DNA of 64,000 nucleotides from Terriglobia bacterium (GTDB lineage Bacteria; Acidobacteriota; Terriglobia; 20CM-2-55-15): NCBI GenBank assembly GCA_963664115.2, contig CAXWPJ010000005.1, positions 256,001 to 320,000 of the forward strand, read 5' to 3'. Shown piece by piece: positions 42,327 to 53,254 of this stretch (position 1 is its first letter; each line of letters starts with the position of its first letter). The notes under the pieces were generated by a model. It saw only the letters and a program-made list of their open reading frames with translations, ran no database searches and was not told where the DNA came from. The position numbers and the translations under genes were made by a program.

Positions 42327-44380
42327 CTACAGGAAGCGGATATTCGGCGCGAACCACGTACCATCATGCTTGTTGATGATGATCCACGGCTGGGGCAGCG
42401 GACTGCCGATACAACCGTCGGTGGTCATTCCCTCTCCGGCATTAACGGTCAAGCAGGTTATCGGGCCCGTACTAGGCCCTGAACAAGCGTGATTGACGAG
42501 GAAATGATAGTGCAATAAGAGCGGAAGTACCCGAAATGCCCCCTCTCCGTGCGAAAAAAACCTTGAACAGATTCTTCGGAAAAGGAGGCATTTCAGATGA
42601 ACGATTATACGCGCAAGAACATGAGGAACCGCAAGCGGCGAATCGAACGTCGGCTTGGGGACCGGCATTGGACGGATCAGGTAGAGCCGATGTTTTCGGC
42701 GAGCAACATTCAGTACGAGATGGGAGAGCGGACGCGGGGCACATCGGTTGGTGGTATCGGGACGATGCAACTGGTGGCGCGGCGGACCGGGCTGATCGAA
42801 GCCATCGACAAGGGCGTGCATGTGTTGAAGCGGCACCTGCCGTATCACGAGTCGGATCACGTGCTGAACATCGCCTACAACGCCTTGAGCGGAGGAACGT
42901 GCCTGGAAGACATCGAACTGCGGCGCAACGATGCGGTGTATCTGGATGCGCTGGGAGCGCAACGGATTCCGGATCCGACGACGGCGGGAGACTTCTGCCG
43001 GAGATTCGAGGCCGACGACGTGGAGTGTCTGATGGAGGCAACCAATCAAGTCCGGCTCGGAGTCTGGCGACAGCAACCGGCGGCGTTTTTCGAAGAAGCG
43101 GTGTTGGACGCGGACGGGACACTGGCCGAAACCACGGGGGAATGCAAGCAAGGGATGGACGTGGCCTACGACGGGACGTGGGGATATCACCCGCTGATGA
43201 TCTCGCTGGCCAACACCGCCGAACCGCTGTATCTGGTCAATCGTAGCGGCAACCGGCCGTCGCATGAAGGAGCCGCGGTCCGGTTCGACCAAGCCATCGC
43301 ATTGTGCCGGCATGCGGGGTTTCGCCAGATCCTGCTGCGCGGGGACACGGACTTCAGCCAGACCCGGCATCTGGACGGATGGGACGACCAGCAGGTGGGT
43401 TTCATATTCGGGATTGACGCGATGGCGAACCTGAAGGCCCGGGCCGATGAACTGGAGCCGCGCCAGTGGAAGCGCCTGGAACGGCCCGCGAAATACGACG
43501 TGGCGACCGAACCGCGCCAACGTCCCGACAACGTGAAGGAAGAGATCGTTCGGCAGCGCGGTTTCGACAATATCCGCTTGCAGGGTGAGGATGTGGCCGA
43601 GTTTCGGTATCGACCCGGAGCCTGCGATCGGGACTACCGTGTCGTCGTGGTGCGGAAGAATCTGTCGGTGGCCAAAGGAGAGCAGGTGTTGTTTGACGAC
43701 ATCCGGTACTTCTTCTACATTACCAACCGTTCGGATCCGGCCGACCAGATTGTGATGCGTGCCAATCAACGGTGCAATCAGGAGAATCTCATTGAGCAGT
43801 TGAAGAACGGCGTTCAGGCGTTGCGGATGCCGGTCGGAGATCAGACCAGCAACTGGGCCTACATGGTGATCGCGTCACTGGCCTGGACACTGAAAGCGTG
43901 GTTTGCATTGCTGCTTCCCGAAACCGGACGTTGGGGCCAAAAATATCAGGCTGAGAAGCAAACCGTGCTGCGCATGGAGTTCAAAACCTTCTTGAACGCT
44001 TTCATGCTTGTGCCGTGCCAACTCGTGCGCACCGGGCGGCGCATTCTGTTCCGGATCCTGGCCTGGAACCGGTGGTTGCCGGTCTTGTTCCGCGGGGTGG
44101 ATGTGTTGCGTCAGCCTCTGCGATGTTGACCCGATCATGACTCTGAGCCCGGGCGATCGAGGTCCCGGTTTCTGTCAACCGTCCAACACCAGCGAGGCTG
44201 AACTGAAACAGATTCAACAGAAACTCGATACCTGGAACAGGCCATCCGGGAACGGGATTCTATGCCTCGAATTCTATCGGCGCGAACTGGGCCTCGGCGG
44301 ACTGGTTATGCGCTTGTTTTGGGACTAGGTGCTATACGCTGTTCCAGTTCCTCGATGTGAGTGCTTAGTTCGAGTTCCAT
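42327..44380 (-). pseudogene. Small leader-core peptide B (66 aa) interrupted by IS1380
   Basis: Reconstituted MELELSTHIEELEQRIAP-STGPITCLTVNAGEGMTTDGCIGSPLPQPWIIINKHDGTWFAPNIRFL. Confidence 0.8.
42477..44323 (+). mobile_element. IS1380-family element copy 3
   Basis: 1847 bp, TSD ACTAGG (42471-42476, 44324-44329); transposase 42597-44129. Confidence 0.9.
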
Positions 44381-44389
44381 TACTTAGCT

Positions 44390-44599
44390 TTAGTTAGGAT
44401 CAATGCACGCCGTTGGCGTGATGATTGAGCCGTCCGGTCTTATGATTACAACGTTCGGGGGTACGCCACTGCCATCGTCACCACAACCGCCTATGATCGC
44501 AGGTATTCCCTCGCCCGCGACTACAAGAACACAGATTGGTGCTGCAGGTGCGATCCTTTCTTCCAACTGTTCAACGTGAGTGCTGAGCGTGATTTCCAT
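44390..44599 (-). CDS. Small leader-core peptide A (69 aa)
   Basis: MEITLSTHVEQLEERIAP-AAPIC...; paralogous to B and C. Confidence 0.8.
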   Translation of the reverse strand: MEITLSTHVEQLEERIAPAAPICVLVVAGEGIPAIIGGCGDDGSGVPPNVVIIRPDGSIITPTACIDPN

Positions 44600-44608
44600 G
44601 TGCGGATT

Positions 44609-44887
44609 CTATGGACGGGCCGGAACGGAGTCAAGGGAACTGGGAAGGTGGTAGCTTGAATTACACCACTCCACCAACGTCTTCTCGCTAACCTCGCCCA
44701 TACACTTCGGGCACTTCGCGGCCTCTGACAGCAAGTAGTCAGTCGTCGTCCCATCCCGCCCCGTCGCATCATCCAATAGCCAGCACAGCGGTATCTCAGC
44801 TTCGTCCGCACATTGTTCACAGCCGAGGATCTGACTCTGTACCTGGAGGGCTGTGGCTTTGCTGATTGCGATTAGAGCGATTGGCAT
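44609..44887 (-). CDS. Small CxxC...CxxC putative Zn-binding protein
   Basis: GCEQC ... AKCPKC ... EKTLVEW; 9-bp gap to peptide A. Confidence 0.65.
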   Translation of the reverse strand: MPIALIAISKATALQVQSQILGCEQCADEAEIPLCWLLDDATGRDGTTTDYLLSEAAKCPKCMGEVSEKTLVEWCNSSYHLPSSLDSVPARP

Positions 44888-45032
44888 GTGACTGTGGTTG
44901 CAGGTCGGGTGCTAGATGGCAAAGCACGGCAGGAGAGGGCTTGGACTACGCGCGCGGTTGGTTTATCGCGGGAAGTGGGGTTGGGAAGTCGCGGTTTCGA
45001 TGGCGAACGACTGCTGTCGAGTTTCTGTTTTT

Positions 45033-45248
45033 CTAGAGATCCCGCAGCAGCTTGGACAGGTCGGTGCCGAGTCCTCCCGCCAAGTCACTCATCTTGATCA
45101 GGCAGGGTTCCTTCTTTCCGTTCTCTAATTCGCTCAAGTAGCTGACATCCATTCCGACACGATACGCGAGTTCTTCCTGCGACCAGCTCTGCTTCTTGCG
45201 GAGTTGCCGTAGGCGTTTGCCGAACGCGACACAAATGTCGTTGGACAT
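45033..45248 (-). CDS. XRE/Cro-C1 HTH regulator (controller-protein-like)
   Basis: FGKRLRQLR..WSQEELA..YLSELENG..P. Confidence 0.9.
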   Translation of the reverse strand: MSNDICVAFGKRLRQLRKKQSWSQEELAYRVGMDVSYLSELENGKKEPCLIKMSDLAGGLGTDLSKLLRDL

Positions 45249-45260
45249 GCGCCCAGCATT

Positions 45261-45295
45261 GGCTATAGCCTATATTCACACCATAGGCTATAGCC
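45261..45295. promoter_or_regulatory. Putative double operator for the XRE regulator
   Basis: GGCTATAGCCTAT-N9-ATAGGCTATAGCC; each half contains the palindrome GGCTATAGCC; lies between divergent starts. Confidence 0.7.
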
Positions 45296-45327
45296 CAAGC
45301 TGTATGCAATTGGGAAGGAGGAACCAA

Positions 45328-45956
45328 ATGCTATCAGTCATTCTGCTAGTACTGTCGCTTCAGAGCCCCGACGAGTTGGATCTAATAGGAAGCCGATTGC
45401 CTTCGCTGTCCGGAGTACCTGTTACGATAGCCAGTGGACCGCCTAATTTCCCCAGCGATTCTCTCCGCGTGCATCTGTCGGTCGGACTCGACGTTGACGT
45501 TTTCAGGAATCTTGAACGCGAGATTTCGGGCTGGAACGCGGAACAAAGTAGGCCTCGGCTTGAAATAGTCGATTCGGCGCTTGAAGCGGAGGTGATTCTA
45601 GCAAGACACCCTATCCCAGAGGCCACTCGGATAGAGCGACAGCAAGGCACTACTTTAGGTGGATTGTTCGGGGCGCTGTCTGATGGCCTAAGTTGCGGTG
45701 GCATTTCACCGGCAGAATGCAGAGAAAGACAGGAGCGCAGCCGAGCGGATCGCCCCCAACCCACGTGAGGTCACAAGCGTTGTTGCCGGTATACGAATAC
45801 ATATTTCTCCTTGAGTCTGGATCTTTGAAACTCTTGCACCGTGACATGCGAACGACTACCGTCCAGACTAGGCGTTTTCCCGCTGCGAACGACGTGCGCG
45901 GCTCTACCGGAACAGAACTCACGACTAGGCTCTTCGAGTTGCTTAGGCAGCGGTGA
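45328..45956 (+). pseudogene. Exported hypothetical protein, probably frameshifted near 45765
   Basis: RBS GGAGG, MLSVILLVLSL start; ORF ends at 45768 while coding-like sequence continues in another frame to 45956. Confidence 0.45.
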
Positions 45957-46047
45957 TTCAATCGCTTGAGGACGGTCACAACTCCGAATGTTGACCGAGT
46001 TTTCGCCACCAACGTGCGCGGCTGTGTGCGTACACAAAAGACCCCAC

Positions 46048-47432
46048 GAGTTATTGTCAAAAGTGGTGTTTAGGAGATTGATTCAAGCGGCGGCCTGATC
46101 GACTTGTGTCGCTTCGACACCATCGTTGAATTTCACTCCGATGATTACCTTGCTCAGATCATCGAATCCTCGTAATCGTCGCCAATTGTTCTCAGCGCAC
46201 TGGCCCAGTTTGAACATCATGTGCAGCATGCCATCCCGTGTCAGGCAACCTCTGGATCGCTTCGTTCGGTGTCGAATGGTGGCAAAGGTCGACTCAATGG
46301 GATTCGTCGTTCTGATGCTCTGCCAGTGCTTGGCCGGAAAGTCGTAAAAGGCCAGCAGTTCCTCTCTGTCTTTCTGCAGGCAGAGTGTGGCTTTCGGATA
46401 CTTCGGTTCATAGGTTTCAATGAACAAGTCGAATGCCTTCTCGGCGTCTGCCTTCGTCTCGGCCTGCCAGATCGAGTGCAGGGCCTGTTTCGCCTTCGCC
46501 TGGACCGACTTGGGCAGGCAGTTGAGGACGTTCATGACTTTGTGCATCCAGCAACGTTGTTGACGTGTCTCGGGATAGATTTCCTCCAGTGCGGCCCAGA
46601 ACCCCATCGCACCGTCACCGATGGCCAACTTCGGAACATTCATCCCACGGGACTTCAGCTTCAACAAGACCTCGCGCCAACTCTGTGTCGATTCCCGTAC
46701 ACCGTCTTCGATCGCCAGGAAACGCTTCTCTCCGCGTTCATTCACGCCGATCACGACCAATGCACACAACTTGGTTTGTTCCGCCCGAAGTCCGCTGTAG
46801 ATGCCGTCGGCCCAGACATAGACCCAGCGATCTGCATCCAAACGCTCCTCGCATCCGAGGCGGTACTGTTCGCCCCAAACCTGTTTCAACCGCGATACCG
46901 TGCTCGCCGACAGACCCTGCGCCTGGGGACCGACAAGAACTTTTAGGGCCTCACCCATCTCGCCGCTGGAAACGCCTTTCAAATACAACCACGGCACCGC
47001 TGCTTCCAGCGACTTCGTCTTCCGAATGTACGGTGGTACCAGGGCCGATCGGAACGTCACAGCTTCGCCCGTCTTGGCACGGACCTTCGGGATTTGGACT
47101 GTTACCGGACCCAATCCCGTCTGCAGTTCGCGTTCCGGCAGATAACCGTTGCGTACCACCCCGGCGTTTCCTGTCTCAGTTCGCCGGCCACCGTGCTGGG
47201 ATAGCAGCTCTGCCAATTCGGCTTCCACTGCGCGTTGGATCAGTTGCTGTGCCCCAACTCGTAGTAGTTCTGTTACTGGATCCTCAATCGTTTCTCGACC
47301 TTCCGGTCCATTCACGTTACTCTTGCTCACAGTGGCGTATCTCCTATGGTTGCTTTGAAGTTTTGTCACAACAAATCAACCAGATACGCCGCTCTTATTC
47401 AATCCCTCAAACACCAGATTCGGTTATAACTC
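46048..47432 (-). mobile_element. IS256-family element copy 4
   Basis: Same transposase (46083-47369) and ends; no TSD seen. Confidence 0.93.
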
Positions 47433-47714
47433 ACAACTACACCATCCGTTCCGTCGCTTCAGTTCCCTCTCCTTCTCCGGTAATCCGAACATTCCAAGGC
47501 TCCCTGCTAGGACTGTAGGAGCGCGAGAACGAATAGAGACACAAAATGACAATATGATCTTCATTGGATCTCTTCGCAGTGAAATTTCCACAGTTCTCCT
47601 GTGTTTTCATAGGGTTTTCCTGCCCCAAACACCCCTACTGTACATATATTAAGAACAAATATTTAAGAATCATGTATTAAGCACGACGGGGGTTGTGAAA
47701 AATCAGAAAAGGAT

Positions 47715-47785
47715 TGTGCTCAGAATCCATAGAGAGCTACTGAAACTCGGATTCGACATTTCCCAGCGATCAGTTTCCCGGCAAG
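47715..47785 (+). pseudogene. Fragment of an rve-type transposase
   Basis: RIHRELLKLGFDISQRSVSR resembles the RIxGELxKLG..VS..TV motif. Confidence 0.5.
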
Positions 47786-48068
47786 GAGTTCCCTGCCCTG
47801 GGCAGTTCACCGCCAAGAACACCCAGGGACGGTATATACCCGCTTTACTGGATCTCCAAGGGCAGACGATGCCATTCAGTGCCCTGCCTTCTTGTTGTGC
47901 CACCCCGGCCCGGAAACTGCATCCACAGCCCCAAAATGGATTTGCCGCTCTGGTATCACGCCGGAGCCATGGGCAATAACTTCACCCACACGACTGACGC
48001 ATAAGCCAGGCGATCTTGGAATCGGGAAAGACTCCGGAAAAGTTTCAGGATCTTTTTCTTGCAGGAGT

Positions 48069-48356
48069 CTATTTTGGGAGTAGTCCGAACAGTTCCCGGT
48101 CCTCCGGCTTCGACAGGAAGCCATCGAGATCCTGCAGCACGGCCTCTTTCGCTTCAGGGTCCGAACTGAATTTCTGCATCATGCAGTGACCTACCAGTGC
48201 CGCGCGGCGTTCATTCAGTTTGCGCTGTTCCTCCCGGATCTGTTTCTTGACCGCAGCGAGTCTTTTCTTGAGCGCATCCCGCTCATTTTTCTGCTGCTCC
48301 AGCAGCTTCTTTTCCTCTGCCGTAAGCAGGGAAAGTTCTTTATCGGTATTCGGCAT
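48069..48356 (-). CDS. Coiled-coil mobilisation-accessory-like protein (MobC/TraD-like)
   Basis: RBS AAGGAG; 'RKLNERRAALVG...LDGFL..PEDRELFGL' pattern. Confidence 0.6.
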   Translation of the reverse strand: MPNTDKELSLLTAEEKKLLEQQKNERDALKKRLAAVKKQIREEQRKLNERRAALVGHCMMQKFSSDPEAKEAVLQDLDGFLSKPEDRELFGLLPK

Positions 48357-49263
48357 TTCTTCTCCTTAAATGTGTTCCAGATCCGGCCGCCAGAATCTCG
48401 ATCTCCGAGCCTTGATCGCCTGGATATTCCCGTCCGTTCATCAGCCTGTCTCCATCATCGCCCATTTGGACTTGGACAATGCCCGGGTTGTCCAGAAGCT
48501 TCATTCCGGCCCGCCCAGTAGCCAAACCATCCACCGTCCCAACGGTATCCGTTCAATATTCTTTTCCAGTGTCTGCGGCGGCCGACTCCCCACGCAGCCC
48601 GTCGTTGTATAACCACGGTTGAACTCCTTACGTTCGGCCACCGCCGGCGTCGAGTCTAGCGCGATCGTCTTCAGGTCCATTTCGCTATGATTCCCTGCCC
48701 CCGTCGAATAAGTCTCCAGGAATGTATAGTCAAAATCAGAAGCTCTGTCCGCGAGGAAGTACTGTCCGGTGACCCGGCCGATTTGCACCCGCCGTGCGCG
48801 GATGGGTTAAGCATAATAATACGGAGCCAGGAATCGGTGCAGGAACCCATCGGCTCCTGGAGGCTCTGTTTCTTGCGGCGCACACATGCCGGCCATCGCA
48901 AAGAGTACGGCCGCACCAACGGTCCCTGGGTCGCCGCTTCGGGCGGCTCGTGGTGCCGGGTGGCCGCCCGCGAGATCGCCCCGGTTTTCCGTTGTTCGCT
49001 CTGACTGGCCCGCGATCCACCGCGCCGAATGTTGTCTCGCCATTTTCCCGTAGCCTTGCTTGCTCCGGCGGGGACCGGCGCAGGGACCGCGGCCAGACCG
49101 CGCCGCTCGCCCCGGGGGCGTCTGTCACGGCCCCTGCTCTTTGGCCGGTGATTCCCTGCCACCCCGCAGCTAGCGACGGACCCCCTGGCCGGGTTTGGTC
49201 GGTGCCGTCTGTTCCGGGTGAGCGACACACGCTCCAAACCCTTAAACCAGGAGGATTCAATCA

Positions 49264-49527
49264 ATGGCGAGTAACTCAAAACCCGCGGGGGAACTCAGGA
49301 TCGGAGCCGTCAAGGCGACCATTTGGGAAAACGAGGTCGGGGGCATCACCCGGCATAACGTCACCTTTTCGCGCATCTACCGAGACGAGGGTCAGTGGAA
49401 GACCAGGCAGAGCTTCGGCTTCAAGAACCTGCTCACTCTCGCCAAGGTCGCCGACCAGGCGCACACGCTCATCGCCGAGCGCAACGCCGAGGCGGCCAGC
49501 GCGGCAGAGGACAGCGAAGCCGTATAA
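49264..49527 (+). CDS. Small conserved mobile-element protein, possible nucleic-acid-binding fold
   Basis: RBS AGGAGG; GAVKATIWEN..NVTFSRIYRD..WK..SF. Confidence 0.7.
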   Translation: MASNSKPAGELRIGAVKATIWENEVGGITRHNVTFSRIYRDEGQWKTRQSFGFKNLLTLAKVADQAHTLIAERNAEAASAAEDSEAV

Positions 49528-49542
49528 ACGGCCGCACCTTAC

Positions 49543-49571
49543 GGCGGCGGGTTCACCCCCGTCGCCTTTTT
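49543..49571 (+). terminator. Intrinsic terminator
   Basis: GGCGGCGGG-TTCACC-CCCGTCGCC-TTTTT. Confidence 0.75.
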
Positions 49572-49589
49572 GGTATCGAGAAGCGGTAC

Positions 49590-49780
49590 GGCTCCAATCT
49601 TCTAGCGATCCAGGCGAATCGTTTCAGCCCCTTTGCTAGGCTCTATACCCGAGCTATGCTGAGGGCCGAGCGGCCCAGTGTTCTCTTCGACCGAGCGACG
49701 GCTCGTCTGGCAGAAGGTAAAGAGCCTACTTCCCGGTGTCATCGTCCTTGAGCGACCTGTCTCGTCCGCACGAAACCGGG
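49590..49780 (+). pseudogene. Tn3-family transposase (DUF4158 region) remnant
   Basis: LYTRAM..AERPSVLFD.ATARL motif, degenerate. Confidence 0.6.
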
Positions 49781-50253
49781 CTGTGAAGCCTTGTGGTGTC
49801 TCCTGAGTGCTCTGCCAACTCCGGAGCAGCGTGCCACTCGCGATGCGATGCTCCGGGTCCCCGAGCGGAGCCGACGATTCGAACCTGGGAGGTGTCCGAA
49901 ATCCGTCAGCTCAGCTGCGTGTAGCCGTCAACGATCGTTTTGTAGTGCGCTGTCAATTTCGTGATCTGCTGACTCAATTCGTCGATTTGCTGCTTCAAGC
50001 CCGCCATGCTGTGGCTTTGCCATCGCAACTCCCTCCGCAAGGTCACGACGGATACGGCCTGCAGCTTCATCGCGTCGGGTTCTGGTGCAGATAGGATTGT
50101 CGGAAGGATAAGATCAGGAGTGCGCGGCGCAGGCGGCAGGGCGATCCCCGTCGCGGCCCGTTCAAAGTTGCACACACGTATCGCCGACAAAAAAGAAGAG
50201 CTGTGCTGGTATAGCAGCACAACGGCATGATGTTACAATGGCAGGCAGTTCTC

Positions 50254-51000
50254 ATGAGAAAGCTCGCCGTAAGCATCACAAAGGGGGGGACTGGCAAGAC
50301 GACCACAGCAGTGAACCTGGCAGCCGGCCTAGCGCTGCAAGGGGCACGTGTCCTTCTGATTGATGCTGACAGTCAAGGACAGGCTGGTCAAATGCTCGGA
50401 CTGAAGCCCGAGCATGGACTTGCAGAGGTCATTTCTCAAGCTACGAAGCCTGAGACGGCGGTGGTTGAAGCCAGACCAAATCTCTATTTGTTGGCTGGCG
50501 GTAGAGCGCTAGCTGGCATCCGTCGGCTTATCGCTAGGAAGGATTTCGGGTCTGAGCGGACACTTACCGAGGTTCTTGAATCTATAGAAGGTCAGTACGA
50601 CTTCGTTATTTTCGATACGGCTCCCGGCTGGGACCCCTTGACAGTCAATGTTTTGTTCTATGCAACTGAGGTTTTAGCCCCCGTTTCCCTGGAGATCCTC
50701 GCGATCCAAGGACTCGTTGAGTTCATTGGCAATATTGATTCAATCCAGAAATACAATCCAGCCATCACACTTCAGTATGTACTGCCTACCTTTTTCGACC
50801 GGCGAGTGAAGAAATCAGCAGAGATCTTTGCTCAACTTGAAGCCTACTGTGGAGACAAACTCTGCCCACCAATCCGCTATAACGTACGTCTAGCTGAGGC
50901 CCCAGGCCACAGTCAGACGATTTTTGAATACGCCCCAAAATCAGTGGGGGCTCAAGACTACCAAAGGCTTACCGAGAGGATTCAAAATGGCAGAGCGTAA
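50254..51000 (+). CDS. parA: ParA/Soj family ATPase
   Basis: KGGTGKTT deviant Walker A, LLIDADSQG, YDFVIFDTAP. Confidence 0.92.
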   Translation: MRKLAVSITKGGTGKTTTAVNLAAGLALQGARVLLIDADSQGQAGQMLGLKPEHGLAEVISQATKPETAVVEARPNLYLLAGGRALAGIRRLIARKDFGSERTLTEVLESIEGQYDFVIFDTAPGWDPLTVNVLFYATEVLAPVSLEILAIQGLVEFIGNIDSIQKYNPAITLQYVLPTFFDRRVKKSAEIFAQLEAYCGDKLCPPIRYNVRLAEAPGHSQTIFEYAPKSVGAQDYQRLTERIQNGRA

Positions 51001-51358
51001 AACCACGCCCGATATCATGGGAGCATTGTTGGGGAAAGAGCCGGAACCTGTGTCAAAGTCAACCAAGCCAAGAAAACAGCGAGACAGTATGTCGATGAGA
51101 CATCATACTGGCTTCCCAGCAAGACAGCCTGCTGGTGATCTAAAAGCTGTTAAGGCGACGTACTATTTTTCTCCTGAAACTATAGAAGCAATTGATGAAG
51201 CCTGGATGAGGCTGCGTCGGCTGGCTGGAACTCCAGGACGGTCTAGCGTTTCCAAATCACTGATCGTAGAGAATGCAATTCAAATGGCGCTCCAGGAGCT
51301 TGAGAACAAGGGGGACAAAAGCCAGATTGCCAGTATGACAGTACGCCGCCATCGGTGA
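50987..51358 (+). CDS. ParA partner, putative ribbon-helix-helix centromere-binding protein
   Basis: Overlaps parA; low-complexity N-terminus then KATYYF..SKSLIVENAI. Confidence 0.6.
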   Translation: MAERKTTPDIMGALLGKEPEPVSKSTKPRKQRDSMSMRHHTGFPARQPAGDLKAVKATYYFSPETIEAIDEAWMRLRRLAGTPGRSSVSKSLIVENAIQMALQELENKGDKSQIASMTVRRHR

Positions 51359-51509
51359 CTGAACAGTTGGCTGGTGGCGGAAGGACTCTGCAATTTTAAT
51401 CTTTCTTCCGTGCGTTTTAGGAAAGGTCTTACTGGTTCGCTTCCGAGATCCTACTCGAGGTTGTAATCCCAGCGAAAGAGGCACAATGGTAAGCCCAGGT
51501 TGTGTTCCA

Positions 51510-51700
51510 ACAATCTGACTGAGTGTTTCGGCCCGCACGCCGCGCTGGCGGGGTTGGTGGGCAGGACCAGGGCGACGACGAGCCAGTCGAAGAGCATCCG
51601 GATTCTGGGGAGATGGAGTTTGACCGAAGGCGCTGCCATCCGGCTTTGCAGTTCTTCGACGGAGGCCGCCATGTGGACCGACTCGACCTCGCGCAGATCG
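51510..51700 (-). pseudogene. Tyrosine recombinase N-terminal fragment
   Basis: SVKLHL..IRMLFDWLV..PTNPA...GPKH. Confidence 0.6.
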
Positions 51701-51937
51701 GCGATGCCGTGCCGTGCGTCGTCGGGGTCGGGCGCCAGCAGGGCAGGGAGCCGTCCCTCGCGGCTCCGCTCCACCGGCGGTGCGGTGACGGCACGGCGGA
51801 TAGCCGACGGGTTCGGGGGTGGATCAGCGGTCATTCCATTGGATGATAAGGTCCTTTGAACTAAGCCGCAGGCGCTCGGAGTCTGCGTCCTGTAGATAGA
51901 TCCCTTCCCATACAGTGGGGTCATAAGGAGGTGGCTT

Positions 51938-52386
51938 ATGACCCCACTACGAAAACGACTGCTGGATGAACTCCGGCGACGCAACTATGCGCCTGGAACG
52001 ATTCGCAGCTACATGATCACGTTCGAGCAGTTTCGCCAATACCTGGGCAAGTCTCCCGCCGATGCGGGAGGCGAGGAACTGCGACGGTTCCAGCTGCACA
52101 TGTTGCGGAAGCAGAAGCTGGCCCCCAAGACGGTGGAGGCTCGGATCTCCGCGTTGCGCTTTCTCTACAAGAAGGTGTTGCGCCGAGCCGATCTGGCCAT
52201 CGATGACCTGCCATTTCCCAAGACGGCCCGGAAACTGCCGACGATTCTGAGTCCAGATGAAGTCGGGCAGTTGATCCAGTCGGCCGTGACACCGATGCAC
52301 CGGGCGATCCTGATGGTGCTCTACGGCACCGGTGCCCGCCGAAGAGAAGCTTCGATGTTGAAGGTCACCGACATCGACAGCCGGCG
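51938..52386 (+). pseudogene. Phage-integrase-family gene truncated by IS6
   Basis: MTPLRKRL..RNYAPGT..Y, KLPTILS..EV, LYGTGAR.E; C-terminal catalytic residues absent. Confidence 0.85.
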
Positions 52387-53215
52387 GGGTTCTGGTGCAG
52401 ATAGCGAAGGGACTTGGCGATAATGGGATATGGCGCATCGCAAAACTGAACGGAATCCCCTATTTGCCGGACGTTGGTTCGAAGACGACATCATTCTCCT
52501 CTGCCTTCGCTGGTATTTTCGATTCAAACTGAGTTACCGGGACCTGGTTGAGATTTTAGGTGAGCGGGGTGTATCGATTTCGCACACCACGATCTTGCGT
52601 TGGGTCGTTCGCTATGCGGACACGTGTGAAAAGCGCTGGCGCCGATTCGAGCGACCGGTGGGTGGGAGTTGGCGGGTTGATGAAACGTTTATCAAGGTGC
52701 GGGGCCAGTGGATGTATCTGTACCGCGCCGTGGACGGACAGGGCAACACCGTGGAGTTCTATCTCAGTCGAACACGTGGCATCGCGGCGGCGAAGGCCTT
52801 CTTTCCGAAGGCACTGAAGCATCATCGGGAGCCACACAGCATCACCTTGGATGGCCACCAGCCGAGCCATAGCGCGCTGCGGCGCATGGGAATGAACGGT
52901 GAGTTCAACTTCCGGGGGCGGAACATGGTGACGATTCGTTGCTGTCAGTATCTGAACAACGTTGTGGAGCAGGACCACCGCCGGGTGAAGGGGCGCTTGC
53001 GCCCGATGTTGGGATTCAAGACGTTCTACAATGCGCGACGCGTGATTATCGGCATCGAGTTGGCGCAGAAGATTCACAAACGCCAGTTCGCAATTCCGGT
53101 CCCATGGCAATCGACTCCCGCAGTGATCTGGCGTCACGTCATGGCAGCATAGTCCGCATCGCCGCAGCGCACTCCTAGTCTTATCGCTCTGACAATCCTA
53201 TCTGCACCAGAATCC
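52387..53215 (+). mobile_element. IS6-family element (transposase 52430-53152)
   Basis: IRs GGGTTCTGGTGCAGATAG / CTATCTGCACCAGAATCC; WRVDETFIKV, YLYRAVD, LNNVVEQDHR. Confidence 0.92.
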
Positions 53216-53254
53216 ACTTCCTTCAGCAGTGCGAATACACATATTGCGTGCAAA

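Noticed and set aside
48501-48788. Short-chain dehydrogenase-like ORF (IPLGRW)
   Set aside because: Only a short motif in otherwise scrambled sequence
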